Source: Convolutriloba macropyga
Taxonomy: Eukaryota
Direction: 5' to 3'
DNA: 64,000 nt
Assembly (NCBI RefSeq): GCF_964194025.1
Contig: NC_134478.1
Location: 29,202,001 to 29,266,000, forward strand
Part shown: positions 40,032-51,851 of the stretch, piece by piece
How the letters are laid out: each line of letters begins with the position of its first letter
Position numbering within the stretch: position 1 is the first letter of the stretch
Position numbers and translations under genes: made by a program
Notes under the pieces: generated by a model
Seen by the model: only the letters and a program-made list of their open reading frames with translations
The model's database searches: none
What the model was told of the DNA's origin: nothing

Positions 40032-41114
40032 GTAAGTAAAAAGAACTTTGGGACCTCTTCTCTTTTCCCATCCCCCAGATTAGATCTGAATTTTTTTATT
40101 AACAAATGCAGCCTCTCATGAGTTTTTAGAATACTGTTTTTCGAAATGATCTGTAGCGTTTCAAACGTTCTTTTGTTATTCTTCAAAAACTCTCTTAAAG
40201 GTGATATACTAATTTCTTTGAAGAACTGTTTCGATTGCTTTGCTGTAACACAGTGTTGAAAAAGCCTCTCCAAAGCATCTATAAATGTGAGTTTTGATAA
40301 CTTTTCAGATCTCCGTTTCAGAGTTTTGAGGTAAACAAAATTGGCACTAATCTAGCAAGCTAACATTATCCTTTAGTTTCATGGTAGGCACTTAAACGTC
40401 ACAACTCACTAACGTCACAAAATAAGAGTTCACTATACTTCAAAACCACAAATCATTCACAGTTCCTTTTCCTTGTTGAATTATTGGCGATGTTGGTGAA
40501 TATGTTTGAGTTACAGAACTTAAGTTATAGAGACCTGAGCCAGATTCTTCCGTTATTGGATTAATGTAGCCAAATTTTCATAACATTTGGCTGGCTTATG
40601 CTGTACAAACATTTCGAGACATCTGGGCGTTTTCAATAGTGCCAATTCAAATGGTAAACTGAGCTCTACCACGTTTATAAAATTTTGCGTGAATTTTGTT
40701 TGTTTTAATCCTGAAGCAAGCTTCCAACACTAAGGCTCGCTTTTTCAACAATTTTAACAAAAGTTCGTTGCTATAATACCAATCTGGACCCTAGTCCCAG
40801 GACATTTCGGAGCTGAATTTTTACATTCAGATACTGAACATAAAAGTTAGTATCATTCAGCGCTGACAAAAAGTGACCTCAGTCCGGAAACATAAACCAG
40901 TTAAGTCTCGATTTTGCTTCGGAACCTCTGTGAACTTTAAGGTGCCCTGGATTTATTTTTTGTACAGTCAAATTTGGCCGGCCGATAAAATTTTTCGCAC
41001 TTCTCAGATTTCCACATTTCAAATACTCTGACATTCAGTTACTTGTATTATTAAATATTGCCCAACTGTCTTAAGTAATAATAAATTTTTCCCTATTGGC
41101 TTAAAATAAATTCA

Positions 41115-41569
41115 AAATAACATCAAGTTGGTTCTCCGAATCTCTAATTATCAATTTATACAGAAAAACCGCATGATCTGATGAAGTACAATCTAAACCA
41201 ATGACGACAAAAAGAATCAGCAGCTGTAAAGCTCGTTTGCAAATGAAGTTCCAGGCCTTTCGAATTTAAAGGAATTTGAAATCGTTTCGAGATAATTTGT
41301 TCATTTTTTGAATTGTTTTACTCGTATGTAAAATTACTGAGTCAGTAATTTCACATACAAGGTAACACAGTTCGAGAAAAAGGACAAATTATCCTGAAAC
41401 GATTTTGATTTCCTTTAAATTCGAAAGGTTTGGAACTCCGTTGGCAAACGCGCATTACAGATTCTGATTGCTTTTGTCGTTATTGGATTTGATTGTTTTT
41501 CATCAGCTCATCCGGTTTTTCTGTATAAATTGATAATTAGAGATTCGATGAAACAACTTGATGTTATTT
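41115..41569. repeat. ~455-bp imperfect palindrome (foldback/MITE-like), centre at 41341
   Basis: Arms of ~226 bp: AAATAACATCAAGTTG...AAATTACTGA-G-TCAGTAATTT...CAACTTGATGTTATTT. Confidence 0.93.
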
Positions 41570-41759
41570 GGACTGACTCCCAAAACAAAACAACCGTAAT
41601 CACTACTTTTTTTCCGCATTAAGTTCTTTTTCATCAAAAGTATCAACTGAAATGGTTGTCAGATGTCAATAACCTCAATATAACTTATTTTGCTTCATCT
41701 TGATAATTGAAAACAAAGAAAAACTGAATATCAAACAGCAAAAGCAGGTTTTAAACCTT

Positions 41760-43440
41760 ACCCTGCGTACCAGGAGGAGCGTGCTATAATGTGAAACTGT
41801 AACTTTGAAACGCCAAGTCATAACTATGATTTAATAGAAGCAATTCAATGGTTGGGAAATGAATAAATTTTCACCAGTAGCTAAAGAAGATTTGTACGAC
41901 AAATCTCACGAAACATCAGAATTGTTGCCATGAAACAACAGTGAGTTAAAGATACTCACTCCTATCGAGCCCAAATGAACTTGATTGCTTAGCTCTTTTT
42001 TAGAATACCGCCAACACTGGCGTCATTGAAGCAAAGTGATTAGCTTGGTGCTCTGACGTCCCGTCGAAGCACCACCAACGCCACACATTCAATGTTGACT
42101 CTAGGCAGAACGCCGCACGTATTCAGACTACATTTCTCAGATCACCCTATTCATATTCAAGATAATTTTTTTCCCGAATGCAACTTAATTGTTTTTTTAG
42201 TACTTTTGTCTTTTGGAACTGTTTACAAGATGACATTTTAGGATTTGTTTACCAAATATGTAACAACGGTTTGCTATGCAATGTCAAGCGGATAATAATA
42301 CAGCCTAATACACATAGAGGAGAAGCAATAGGATAATTCTATTTTGAACAAATAGTTACAATGAAAAAGTTACGATAAAATTAAAACGAGCGGTGCGAAG
42401 GCCTTACAAATAATATATATTTTTTGATAAACTCTCTAGGGAACCAGTGTAGGTAATAAGTAATTGTTAGATTGTAGTAAAGAGGATCAGTTTGGCAAAC
42501 GGAAAGTTGCAAGGAGCAGCCCAGCATCAACAACTTTTTCTAAAACTCATTTTCGACATTTGCCGACCAGGGATGTCAAAAGACGTGTCAAAAGAATTAA
42601 AATCGTTTACAGTGAAATGCAATCAGTACAAAGTAGTGATCCATCTTTCTAAGCATGCAGTTATCATATAAAACCAGAAAGCAGCACGTTGACAACCAGC
42701 GTACAGAAATGATATACAGACAACACCGAAGTACATTGTCAGAAATTTGAAAACAAATAGACAAACTTCTGAAAAAGATTCTTCAGCAGAAGCAACAGCA
42801 TTCTGTTACAGCTCTCAGTCAATTATTCAACAGCATACAGTACAGCAACATTATTCAAAACATTAGATACTCAAAGATATGGTCGAGTCTATGAATTCGA
42901 GCTCAGTGTTCTATTGAGGATACAATTTTTTGATATGGAATTAACAGCATATGAGAAACATTAATATTTCTGCAACATCAAAACACCAACCGAGTACAAG
43001 AGAACACAACAAAAACGACAAAGAGCGACGATGCGGTAGCAACAGACACTAAACGTTATTATTTTTACTGTCCCAAAATTGGGGCAGACTCTGCCAGGAG
43101 GAACGTGCTATATTAAAAACCGTAACTTTGAAACACCAAGTCGTAATTTTAATTTTTTAGATGCACTTCAATGGTTGGGAAAATGGTGACTTTTTATTGA
43201 TAGCAAATGAAGATTTGTAAAACAAATCTCACGAAACATCATAACTGTTGCCCAGAGACAACAGTGGGTTAAAGATACTCACTCCTTTTGAGCCAAGAGG
43301 AACTTGATTGCTAAGCTATTTGTTAGCATGCCGCCAACACTGGCTTCATTGAAGCAATGTGATTAGCTTGGTTTTCTGACGTCCAGCCGAAGCACCTTCA
43401 ACACTACCAAAATTTTAATTGAAGGCCGAATATTGCACTG
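41760..43440 (+). repeat. One partial (41760-42285) and one near-complete (42285-43440) copy of the ~1.3-kb unit also found at 46665-47995
   Basis: Shared blocks include ATACAGCCTAAT, AAAGCAGCACGTTGACA, CCAGGAGG, CAATGGTTGGGAAA, GAACTTGATTGCT, CCAACACTGGC and TACCAAATATGT. Confidence 0.9.
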
Positions 43441-43449
43441 TTTTTTCCG

Positions 43450-46335
43450 GTGGCCGCCCTAATCAAGCTCCAAAGCGCAACTTTAGGCCAACAGCTTAGG
43501 TAAAGACAAAAAGCATGCAATAACACTGCAAATCGAAACCCCTCACCGCACAACAAAGACTCCAACACAGTCAACATTTTAACATCACAAAACACAAAGC
43601 AGAATAGAAAGTGACTGCTAGCAATATGCAACCACCCGTTTTGAAGGCAAAAGTTAGGATTATGGGGGAGAAAATTGTCAGAAACCTGCAAATCATGAAC
43701 AGCTTAATTGACAGCGAAAACAAACGCGACAAAAATTATTATGAAAAGGCAGCGGAAAAGTTTTCTGAGTTTGAAGAAACAAGTTGATTTCCCCACTTGA
43801 AGAACATCATTTAAATGCTCCGAAGACAAATTGCAGATATTTAACATGGACGACATGTTTGAGGTTTTCAGCCACGCTTTTGCAGTACAGCAAGAGATGC
43901 AAAATATGATATGAAAGAAGTTAAATTTACCAACCTGACAAAAGAGGGAGTGGCAACAGCCATGAGTCTTGTGAGCAGATGCAGGATGGCCTTACGGAGC
44001 AATTGATTGAAAGGGCTTTTCAGTAAAAGTTTTTGTCAACGAGTTCTTGCATTTCACTGGAGCTTGAACGAGGAAAAAGTAAAGTTCGGAGGAAAAATCA
44101 GAAAGAACTGGATAGGAAGACTTGGACACAAAGCAAATTTCTGTCTGTTGTGTCAAGATTCTCTGATACGCTGGGAATCATATCCCCTTCCTCATTTTAG
44201 CCAAGATTATTTTGCAAGAAAAGTGGGACGCGAACAGTCGGAACTATCAATGGGGACAATAGAAAAGCCACCAATAATTGGGTACAGGAAATTGGAATTT
44301 TAGGTACGGTAGGGGTAAAATGTTTATTGAAGTTAAGCAGTTTGGTTTGTTAAACGGTACTTGGGGATACTGTGGAACTTCACATTTGCTGCAGAACATT
44401 GTAAGCAGCAGCAACAGTTGCATATATCAGGATGATTAAGGATCACGACCCAGCGACTTGTTTTGTGATGGAAAAAAAGAAATACAAGAGTAGCACTATT
44501 ATGTCAAAACCCAAATCCTAGATTGGTTATTCAATCAGCACATTTTTCAGCATAATTTGAGAAAACGACGGAGCTAGAAGCGAACTTTTAGTTTGAAAAC
44601 ATTTTTTTTGGAGCGATATCACATCACGATTGTTCTCATTTGGATAAGTTTCAATTACGAGTTCCGAGCTGAAACAAAATTTGTAAATTGCACAGGGTTT
44701 TGCCGAAATAAGGGATCTCGCTACCACTTTTAACTACACAAAAATATTCCAACAGACCAATGAGCTAGGGGTTGCCCGCCAGACAGAATAAAAAATCTTT
44801 TCGGTTACAAGGAACTCAGTTTCTTTTGCGTTCTAACGTCATCTGGACAACAAAGGAAAAACATTAGAAACTGTTTTCTTCAGCAGCGCAAATTATAACT
44901 CCCGGGAGCATACCAACATTACACTGACATGGACGTGATTGATGCCATCAGTCCCAGCAAATGGTTGAAACTCAGAGCCTACATCACCGAAATCAGAAAC
45001 CTGTAAACATATTGAGAACACGAGACCAACTGATCACAGATGGAGTAACTTTTTTTTGCTCATCATAGCACAAATCGTTTGAGGATGGTGTCTATAAACT
45101 AACAATCAAAAAACCAATTCAGAGGAAGAGTAGTTTGATTCAGTTGACAACTTCAATTAACGAAGTTGGACTCTTTCGATCAAACAGCAGACTACAGACT
45201 AGACAATGCTGCTGTGTCAACAGCTACGAAGGAGCCGAAATGAAGGAGCTAAAATCGAAGGAGCCAAAAGACGAAAGAAACAGGATTGTCCAATTTTTCC
45301 AGAAATTGCAACATCAATGACCATGTTAGAATTGAACAGCAAACATACATCGAGTTAAATTACGGGGTTCTTCAAAGCAAGACCGTAATAAAGAATCTGT
45401 TGAATAGATGCTACAAATACAGACGACAGAGACAACTCAACAGCGAACCTCAAAATGCAGATCTTCCGAGTTACCAATTCTCATTCAAACCTATAGCATT
45501 GAAAAAAAACTGAGTTGATTTATTTGGGCTCTGTGAAAGCTCAGTTCAATTTAACCATAAAAAATTTTTGTTGATTTTGAACTTGTTTGATGGTACGAGC
45601 GGTTCACATAGAACTCACCCCAGACTTGCATCAAGAATCTTGTATTAGGCCATTTCAGAGAATTTTTAGCCGACGGGGACTACCAAAAGGAATCTAAAGC
45701 GACATTTACAGCAAAAAATTGGCAGGAAAGTAGTTTTACGACATCACAGATAGAGAAGTGCGCAGATTAGAAGATTGCATGGAAATGCAATCCAGCAGGG
45801 GTACAAAGTTTTGGTGGACCATGGAAACGCCCCCTTGGGATGAGCAAATATCTCTTCTTTGACCTTGCTTTATCTAGGAAGTTTTAAGAAAACAGTTTCT
45901 CAACACTTCTATAAAAGAAACTCTACCCAGCAGCAGGCCTCTGGCGTTAGACAACTGTGACATACGCGTTGCTGAAAGCCTGGCACCAGGACGTTTTTTA
46001 ACGAAATGAAAAATGGACTGCCATCAGGTTTTACAATCAGCAGCTATCAACGACAAAAAGGAAAACTGTGGAACAACATCAACGGCGTCAAAAACGAGTT
46101 TTTGACACTTTTTTAAGATTATCTTCCAACACTCCGACAACGAAATAAATGACATTCAATTGTAGACAGTATTGAAAAATTGGACTTGAAATTGATTGTT
46201 GAGGATAACACAATAAAGGGTATTTGACCAATATTCAAGGGTACAAATGGCGATTCAACGTAGGGACGAGGTGGTTTTGTCTTGTTTGGTTAAAAACTTT
46301 TTGGGGGACTTTAGAAAGTCAGCTATCAAAATTAT
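43450..46335 (+). mobile_element. BEL/Pao LTR retrotransposon internal remnant (RNase H region and integrase; RT core not seen)
   Basis: RVLAFHW (~44040), CYKYRR..EPQNADLP (~45410-45470), VDLFG, TCLMVRAVHIEL (45581-45616), WKCNPAG, GGPWKR, and DYLPTLRQRNK* (~46117-46152) are typical Pao integrase and C-terminal motifs. Confidence 0.88.
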
Positions 46336-46664
46336 TTTGATCAACGATAAATCCAGAAAGAGGTTATAAAAATTGATTGAAAAAAGTAATTTAAATTAAC
46401 AACAAACCGAACATAAATTTCATATCAATTACGCGTTAATTCTTTTAAGGTAATGATAACTCTTTTATTTTTCTTTCAACGAGCTGACAAATAAAGTGAA
46501 TTTAGAATCTTTAAGAAGTATTTAAGGAGTAGAATAAAAATTTCACAATGGTATGCAAAACAGCTAGGCTAATCATATACATAAGGGGGAAAATTCAAAC
46601 GGTAACATTTAAGGTAGCGAGGTTTTTTATCAAATCCGGGATAGATAATAGGTAGTTTTCAGAT

Positions 46665-47995
46665 GTCTAATGATTAACTATACAGCCTAATTCACATAAA
46701 AAAGAAGCAATAGGATAAATCTATTTTGAAAAAAAATAGTTACAATGAAAAAGTTTTTATAAAGTTAAATCGAGAGGTGAGGAAGGCTTACTTATGACAC
46801 ATTATTTGATGAACTCTCTATCGGGACCAATGTAGGTAATAAGTACAAGTAATTGGTTGATTTTAGTAAAGGTAGGGAAAACAGGGAGCATCAATTTGGC
46901 AAGCAGATATTTGCAAGGAACTGCCCAGCAGCATCATTGTTTCCAGAAGTCATCTTCGACATTTGTCAATCAGGTATATCAAAAGACGACTCAAAACAAC
47001 TACAATCGTTTGCAGTGGATTGTAATCAGGAGAAAATAGTAATCCATCTTTTCAAGCAAACAATGATCATATAAAATCACAAAGCAGCACGTTGACAGCC
47101 AGCATACAGAAACATTCTACAGACGTCCTATAATTACATCGGTAGAAATTTGAAAACAACTAGTCAGTCTTCAGAAAGAGCTTCTTCAGCAGAAGTCGCA
47201 GCATCCTCCTACAGCTCTCAGCCAATTATTCAACGGCGTCATCGAAAACAGTACATTCGCGTCATCGAACAGCGTCATCGAACTCAGTGTTTTGTTCAGG
47301 ATATATTTTGGGGCTACGGAATCAACCGAAGTTGAGAAAAATGAACGTTTCTGCAACAGCAAATTAAAAACTGGGTCCAAGAAAACACGAAGATACAACA
47401 AAAACGACGAAGAGCGACTACAAGCTGGAACAATGGGCCGTAAACGTTATGATTTTTGCTGTCCCAAAAGGGGGCAGACTGTGCCAGGAGGCAAGTGTTA
47501 TATTAAAAATCGTAACATTGCAAGACCAAATTGTAATGTTAATTTCTACATGCATCTCAATGGTTGGGAAAAGGATGACTTTTCATCGGTACCAAATGAA
47601 GATTTGTAAAGAAAGTCTCACGAGACATCAGAACTGTTGCCAAGAGACAACAAAGGGTAAAAGGTACTCACGCTTAATGTGCCAAAATGAACTTGATTGC
47701 TAAGCTCTTTTTTAGAATCCCACCAACACTGGCGTCATTGAAGCAAGGTGATTAGCTTTGTTCTCTGACGTCCGGCCAACGCACCACCAACACCACACAC
47801 TCAGTTTTATCTCGAGGCGCAACGCTGCACGTATTAAGAGTACATTTCTCTGATCGCCCTATTTGTATTGTAGATATTATTTCTTCACAAATGCAACTTT
47901 TTGATTTTTTAGTACTTCAGTCTTTTTGCAAGTGTTTAGTAGGAGACATTTCAGGAATTAAGTACCAAATATGTTACAACGGTTTGTTATGTCAT
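46665..47995 (+). repeat. Third copy of the ~1.3-kb unit; either a Pao LTR plus flank, or a duplicated decayed gene
   Basis: Collinear with 42285-43440 and 41760-42285. Contains the Cys-rich ORF 47292-47609. Confidence 0.85.
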
Positions 47996-48073
47996 GGATG
48001 GTTGAATTGGACGCTTTTAAATGCTAATCTAAGACGAAGCAGCTGAGATTTGTCAATTGTTTAACTGTCAGAC

Positions 48074-48074
<1 letters not shown>

Positions 48075-48136
<62 letters not shown>
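48075..48136. repeat. (AC)n microsatellite, ~31 units
   Basis: Seen directly. Confidence 0.99.
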
Positions 48137-48141
<5 letters not shown>

Positions 48142-48779
48142 AAGACCGTCGGGAACTCTTTAAGCTCAGAAGTGCAATTTTTGATACGTTGAATTCTAGA
48201 TAGTTGCATCTTCGGAAATACCACAATTTTCTAAATAGATACCCTCGAGAAAGCCTTAATTACGTGAAATAAGATTTTAAAAACCTTTTTTTAAATAAAA
48301 ATTGGGCTTAATAACTAAATTGGCCAAAACTGGTGTCAAACTCTTTTCAAAAGAGAAAAATTCTTGAAATTTCTTTTTGTAGTGGAGTTAAAGAGGCAAA
48401 GAGCTTAAAGTTGATATGACATATGTAAGGTTGGGACGCCATCAAAAAGTAAAAAACTGGGGCTGGCATAAGTTCTCACGTTTTTTTTCTGAAAATACGG
48501 GAACAAAAATTGCATCTACTAATTTGGAATCATAGGGATTATTAATGCTGTGAATGTTTGTAAGCACCCTGTTTTCGCTAAAGATCATGAATAATTTTTA
48601 TGTCGCTCACGTTTTCATGTTAGTTTGAAATCAAACTATTTTTTTTCGAGGAGCAGTCTAGCAGACGCGCTGATCTTCTTTTTGCCAGCCCCAAGGCTGA
48701 GACATATACACTCATACTACTAACTTCAATAAGTTCACCCACCACAGAATGAAAGATCAGGTTACTGGTTCGGTTTCAG

Positions 48780-49018
48780 GACATCCCGCCTCGAAGCAAC
48801 AAATCGGCTGACCTTCGCAGACAGTACATAAACACTGGACCCCATCCCTGCAGCCGTTCATCTTCCAGCATCAACAACTTCTACTTCGACCCAAAGCGGG
48901 GCATCTGGTCCGAGTACCACGACAGTTACCTTCCGGATCATCTCGGCGATATCAAGTACGGTTACGGGGGTTCTATGAAGTATGGCGGCTCACTACCACG
49001 TCTGAACAGTAACAATAG
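48780..49018 (+). CDS. Host gene coding exon 2 (DIPPRSNKSADLRRQYINTG...NNFYFDPKRGIWSEYHDSYLPDHLGDIKYGYGGSMKYGGSLPRLNSNN)
   Basis: TTTCAG acceptor, AG|GTAGGT donor, 239 nt open, strong C-ending codon bias, phase 0 to 2. Confidence 0.8.
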
Positions 49019-49741
49019 GTAGGTTGACTCGATTAGTAAAAATGTTTTCAATCTACCATTTTTCAGCATGAGGGGATATTTCACTTTTTTGAAAGTGACT
49101 TTAGCACATTTGGAGGCACAATGTTTAAATTTTGTAGGCATCATGGTGCTGGTTGACATATTAGTTCAGTACTGAATCATAAAAACACAAGTTTGGATTT
49201 TTGCGCCATTTCTATGGTCAACATGATCGATTTTCAAATTTCTCTCTCTAGCCTTTCTGTTCAATTTTTCAGCTTAAATCAATATTGACATGATGTTTTT
49301 CTATTTTACTGAAAATTGCAGTGTTAAGAGATATTGCAGTCGGTGTCCAGTTCTGTCTATTTGCATAGCAGTGGGCCACATAGGCTGGACTGGGTCACAT
49401 AAGTAGGGTTTTCGGCCACCAAGACTGGTCCGATGACGAACAGTCGATTCGAATTCTATGCAGTCAGAACTTGTATTTTAAACTTTATTCCCATTGTATC
49501 ACTAATGAGCGCTATTGAAATTCAATTGTGCAGTGCATAATTACACTGACACCCACCTCCGGGGTACTACTCAAGTAGACAATTCTTTTTTTGCTTTTAT
49601 TTAGAGTTGAACTGTTGGAATATAGATTTGGAATATTGAATATTGGTATAAAAATTGCGGATCGGGTTTACAGATCTGGTCCAGTATTTGGTCCCACTAA
49701 AAGCAGGTTTGTGAAATGATTAAATAACTGCTATTTAACAG

Positions 49742-49860
49742 TAACAGTAACAGCAGAGGCAGAAGGGGCAGAAATGACTCTGGGAGGTCTCCCGGTTCTC
49801 GAAACAGAAGCCCATCTCGCTACTCATCTACAGCTTCTATATCATCACGCCCATTTTATG
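49742..49860 (+). CDS. Host gene coding exon 3 (SNSNSRGRRGRNDSGRSPGSRNRSPSRYSSTASISSRPFY), RS-rich
   Basis: TTTAACAG acceptor, G|GTTAGT donor. Phase 2 to 1, consistent with the neighbouring exons. Confidence 0.8.
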
Positions 49861-50010
49861 GTTAGTTGTATATTCATCGGTTTCTGTTACATTATCTATG
49901 TTTGCTTCCATTCGATTTGAAGTTTGTATACAATATACACATATCTACACCTTAAAGGTTTTTTTAAATGTTTCTATTTAATTGTATAATGATTAGTTTT
50001 TTTTTGAAAG

Positions 50011-50044
50011 CCTCACAACCATACAGCTTAATAAATCTTACTAG
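50011..50044 (+). CDS. Host gene 34-nt micro-exon (ASQPYSLINLT)
   Basis: T-tract plus GAAAG acceptor, AG|GTGAGT donor, phase 1 to 2, open frame. Confidence 0.65.
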
Positions 50045-50230
50045 GTGAGTGCGCCAAATTTGATCGCGGCTCACAATTTCCACTTCAGGATTCTTTACTC
50101 ATTCAATTCAATTTTACCTTTAATTAAGGAGAGCTTTGTTTAAATTTCGATCTGGTCGTTTCACTCGCAATTCATTGTTTTTATTTTTAAGTAGTCATTA
50201 GTTGTTTTAATTTTGTTATGTTTGCTTTAG

Positions 50231-50262
50231 CCGACACTCCAACTTCGCAGAATTCTCCAGTG
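50231..50262 (+). CDS. Host gene 32-nt micro-exon (SRHSNFAEFSS; alternatively ADTPTSQNSPV)
   Basis: TTTGCTTTAG acceptor and G|GTAAGT donor; open in both relevant frames. Confidence 0.72.
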
Positions 50263-50405
50263 GTAAGTTCAACCTCATTTCACTTCAATAATTGTGACGG
50301 ATTCTGCTTTGTTTCCTTCAGAATATTGTCATAAAATTATGTACGCACTGAACGTGATTTTAATAATTAATATAACTCTTTTATTGCACTGTTGATGTAT
50401 GTCAG

Positions 50406-50452
50406 GAAACAGCACTGACCACGAATCGGGGATGATTAAACCAAGACTCTAA
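50406..50452 (+). CDS. Host gene exon ending in TAA (GNSTDHESGMIKPRL*)
   Basis: TGTCAG acceptor. The phase-1 frame required by the upstream exons is the longest open one. The total spliced CDS is 537 nt (178 aa). Confidence 0.55.
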
Positions 50453-50584
50453 GTTTGATATTCTTATTTTGTCAGAATTTCAGCCTTTTTTTTTGTAATA
50501 TCATTTCAATTCAACTTGCCTTTTTTCATAAATGCATATATTTTGCTACAACTTTGTTATTGTTTCAAAAAGTCGTCCGTTTAG

Positions 50585-51209
50585 AAGGCGATAGAGCACA
50601 GCCCGTCTGATTGGTTAGAAGGACGTCTGAACGAACTACCCTGCATCAACATGGGCAAACAGTTACCCAATGTCCAGTCAAAATACACCCACCCCTCATA
50701 CAAGAACAACAATAGCACGCGAAATAAACGTGGGCGTACTTCAAATCCCCGACGCGCAACTCATGATAAAAACTTCAAAAGTCACAGTGATAGTGATTTA
50801 GTTCACGCAGTAACCCAAAGTGAAAACTTTGACGAATTCCAAAACGAAGATGGCACGAGAGAATTCGAAAATTTAAACCCTGGCGAAAATGAAGCAGTCC
50901 GTTTAATTAAAAGTGAGAACTACGACGATTTTCCAGACGCTAATTTTAGCACTGAGAAATCGGCTAATAGAAACGACAAATTGAATCGCGTTCACGAAGG
51001 CAATCCGAGTGTAAAACCAAACGGGGATGTTTCTGATATAAAAAACAAACGGAGACCTCAAAATAGTGTCAACTGGTCGCCAGTAGGGGACAGAAGATCT
51101 TCTAAAAATGGAGACGAAATTGATCAAAATGATTCTGCAAAGAGACCACGGAATCCACAAGATGAGAGAAATGACATTGATCCGAGACAGAGAGAAATTT
51201 TTAACAGGG
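50585..51209 (+). CDS. Large low-complexity (N/D/R/S-rich) coding exon of the same or an adjacent gene
   Basis: 208 codons are open from GTTTAG|AAG (ATG at 50651) to the donor G|GTAAGT at 51210. Hydrophilic, disordered-type composition. The ORF-track tail beyond 51209 is probably intron. Confidence 0.75.
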
Positions 51210-51414
51210 GTAAGTCAAAGTCTATCCAGTGTAAATACATTATTGTGGTGATCCGTGGCAATTCGCTGACTGTTCGTAAACCATTTACAACGATTACATT
51301 GTTTTTGAAAATTTTGGGGATGGCATTCATTACCTAGTTAAATCAGACCAATATTGTGCCGACCGATCTTATTTTCTTTTCCCTATTTTGATGTACTATG
51401 TTTTCGACCTTCAG

Positions 51415-51491
51415 ATGAACTATTTATGCCGCTAAATCTACTCGGAAGAGTTTATGAGTCGTGTTCAAAAATACAATTGATATGGAGTTGA
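51415..51491 (+). CDS. Possible following exon (DELFMPLNLLGR...)
   Basis: Acceptor TTTTCGACCTTCAG is phase-1 compatible. The 3' end is uncertain: TGA at 51489, or an internal donor. Confidence 0.35.
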
Positions 51492-51851
51492 AATTTAATC
51501 TGCTTTTTTTTAATACGTACTCATCATTGTTCGGGTCACTTTGCGTATAACAACAAGACAACTTTTGCTTTGTTGAATTGCTATGGGATTTTTATTGCAG
51601 GAGAAAAGCAAATAAAGTAAAAAGTTAATGTGGACATAAAGAATTTGTACCAGAATTACTTTCTAATCAAATGCGCTGCTTGATTTACAAAGAAAAACTA
51701 GTCATCAATAAGTCACTTGTTTTTCTCAGAGGTCAATATCTATGTATATTTTAGAATAATATATTTTAGAGTTTAAGAAATTTATTGATTTTTTAAATGT
51801 TGTAACGAAGCACTAAGTATCCTCCAATACAAGCAATAAGGTGATACAGCA

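Noticed and set aside
39929-40273. Minus-strand 114-aa ORF with a hydrophobic tail
   Set aside because: It overlaps the better-supported plus-strand exon and has no motif.
48024-48224. ORF with (CV)n repeat
   Set aside because: It is a translation of the (AC)n microsatellite.
49360-49460. GC-richer intronic segment with GATTCGAATTC as a tRNA or SINE
   Set aside because: No convincing A box or cloverleaf.
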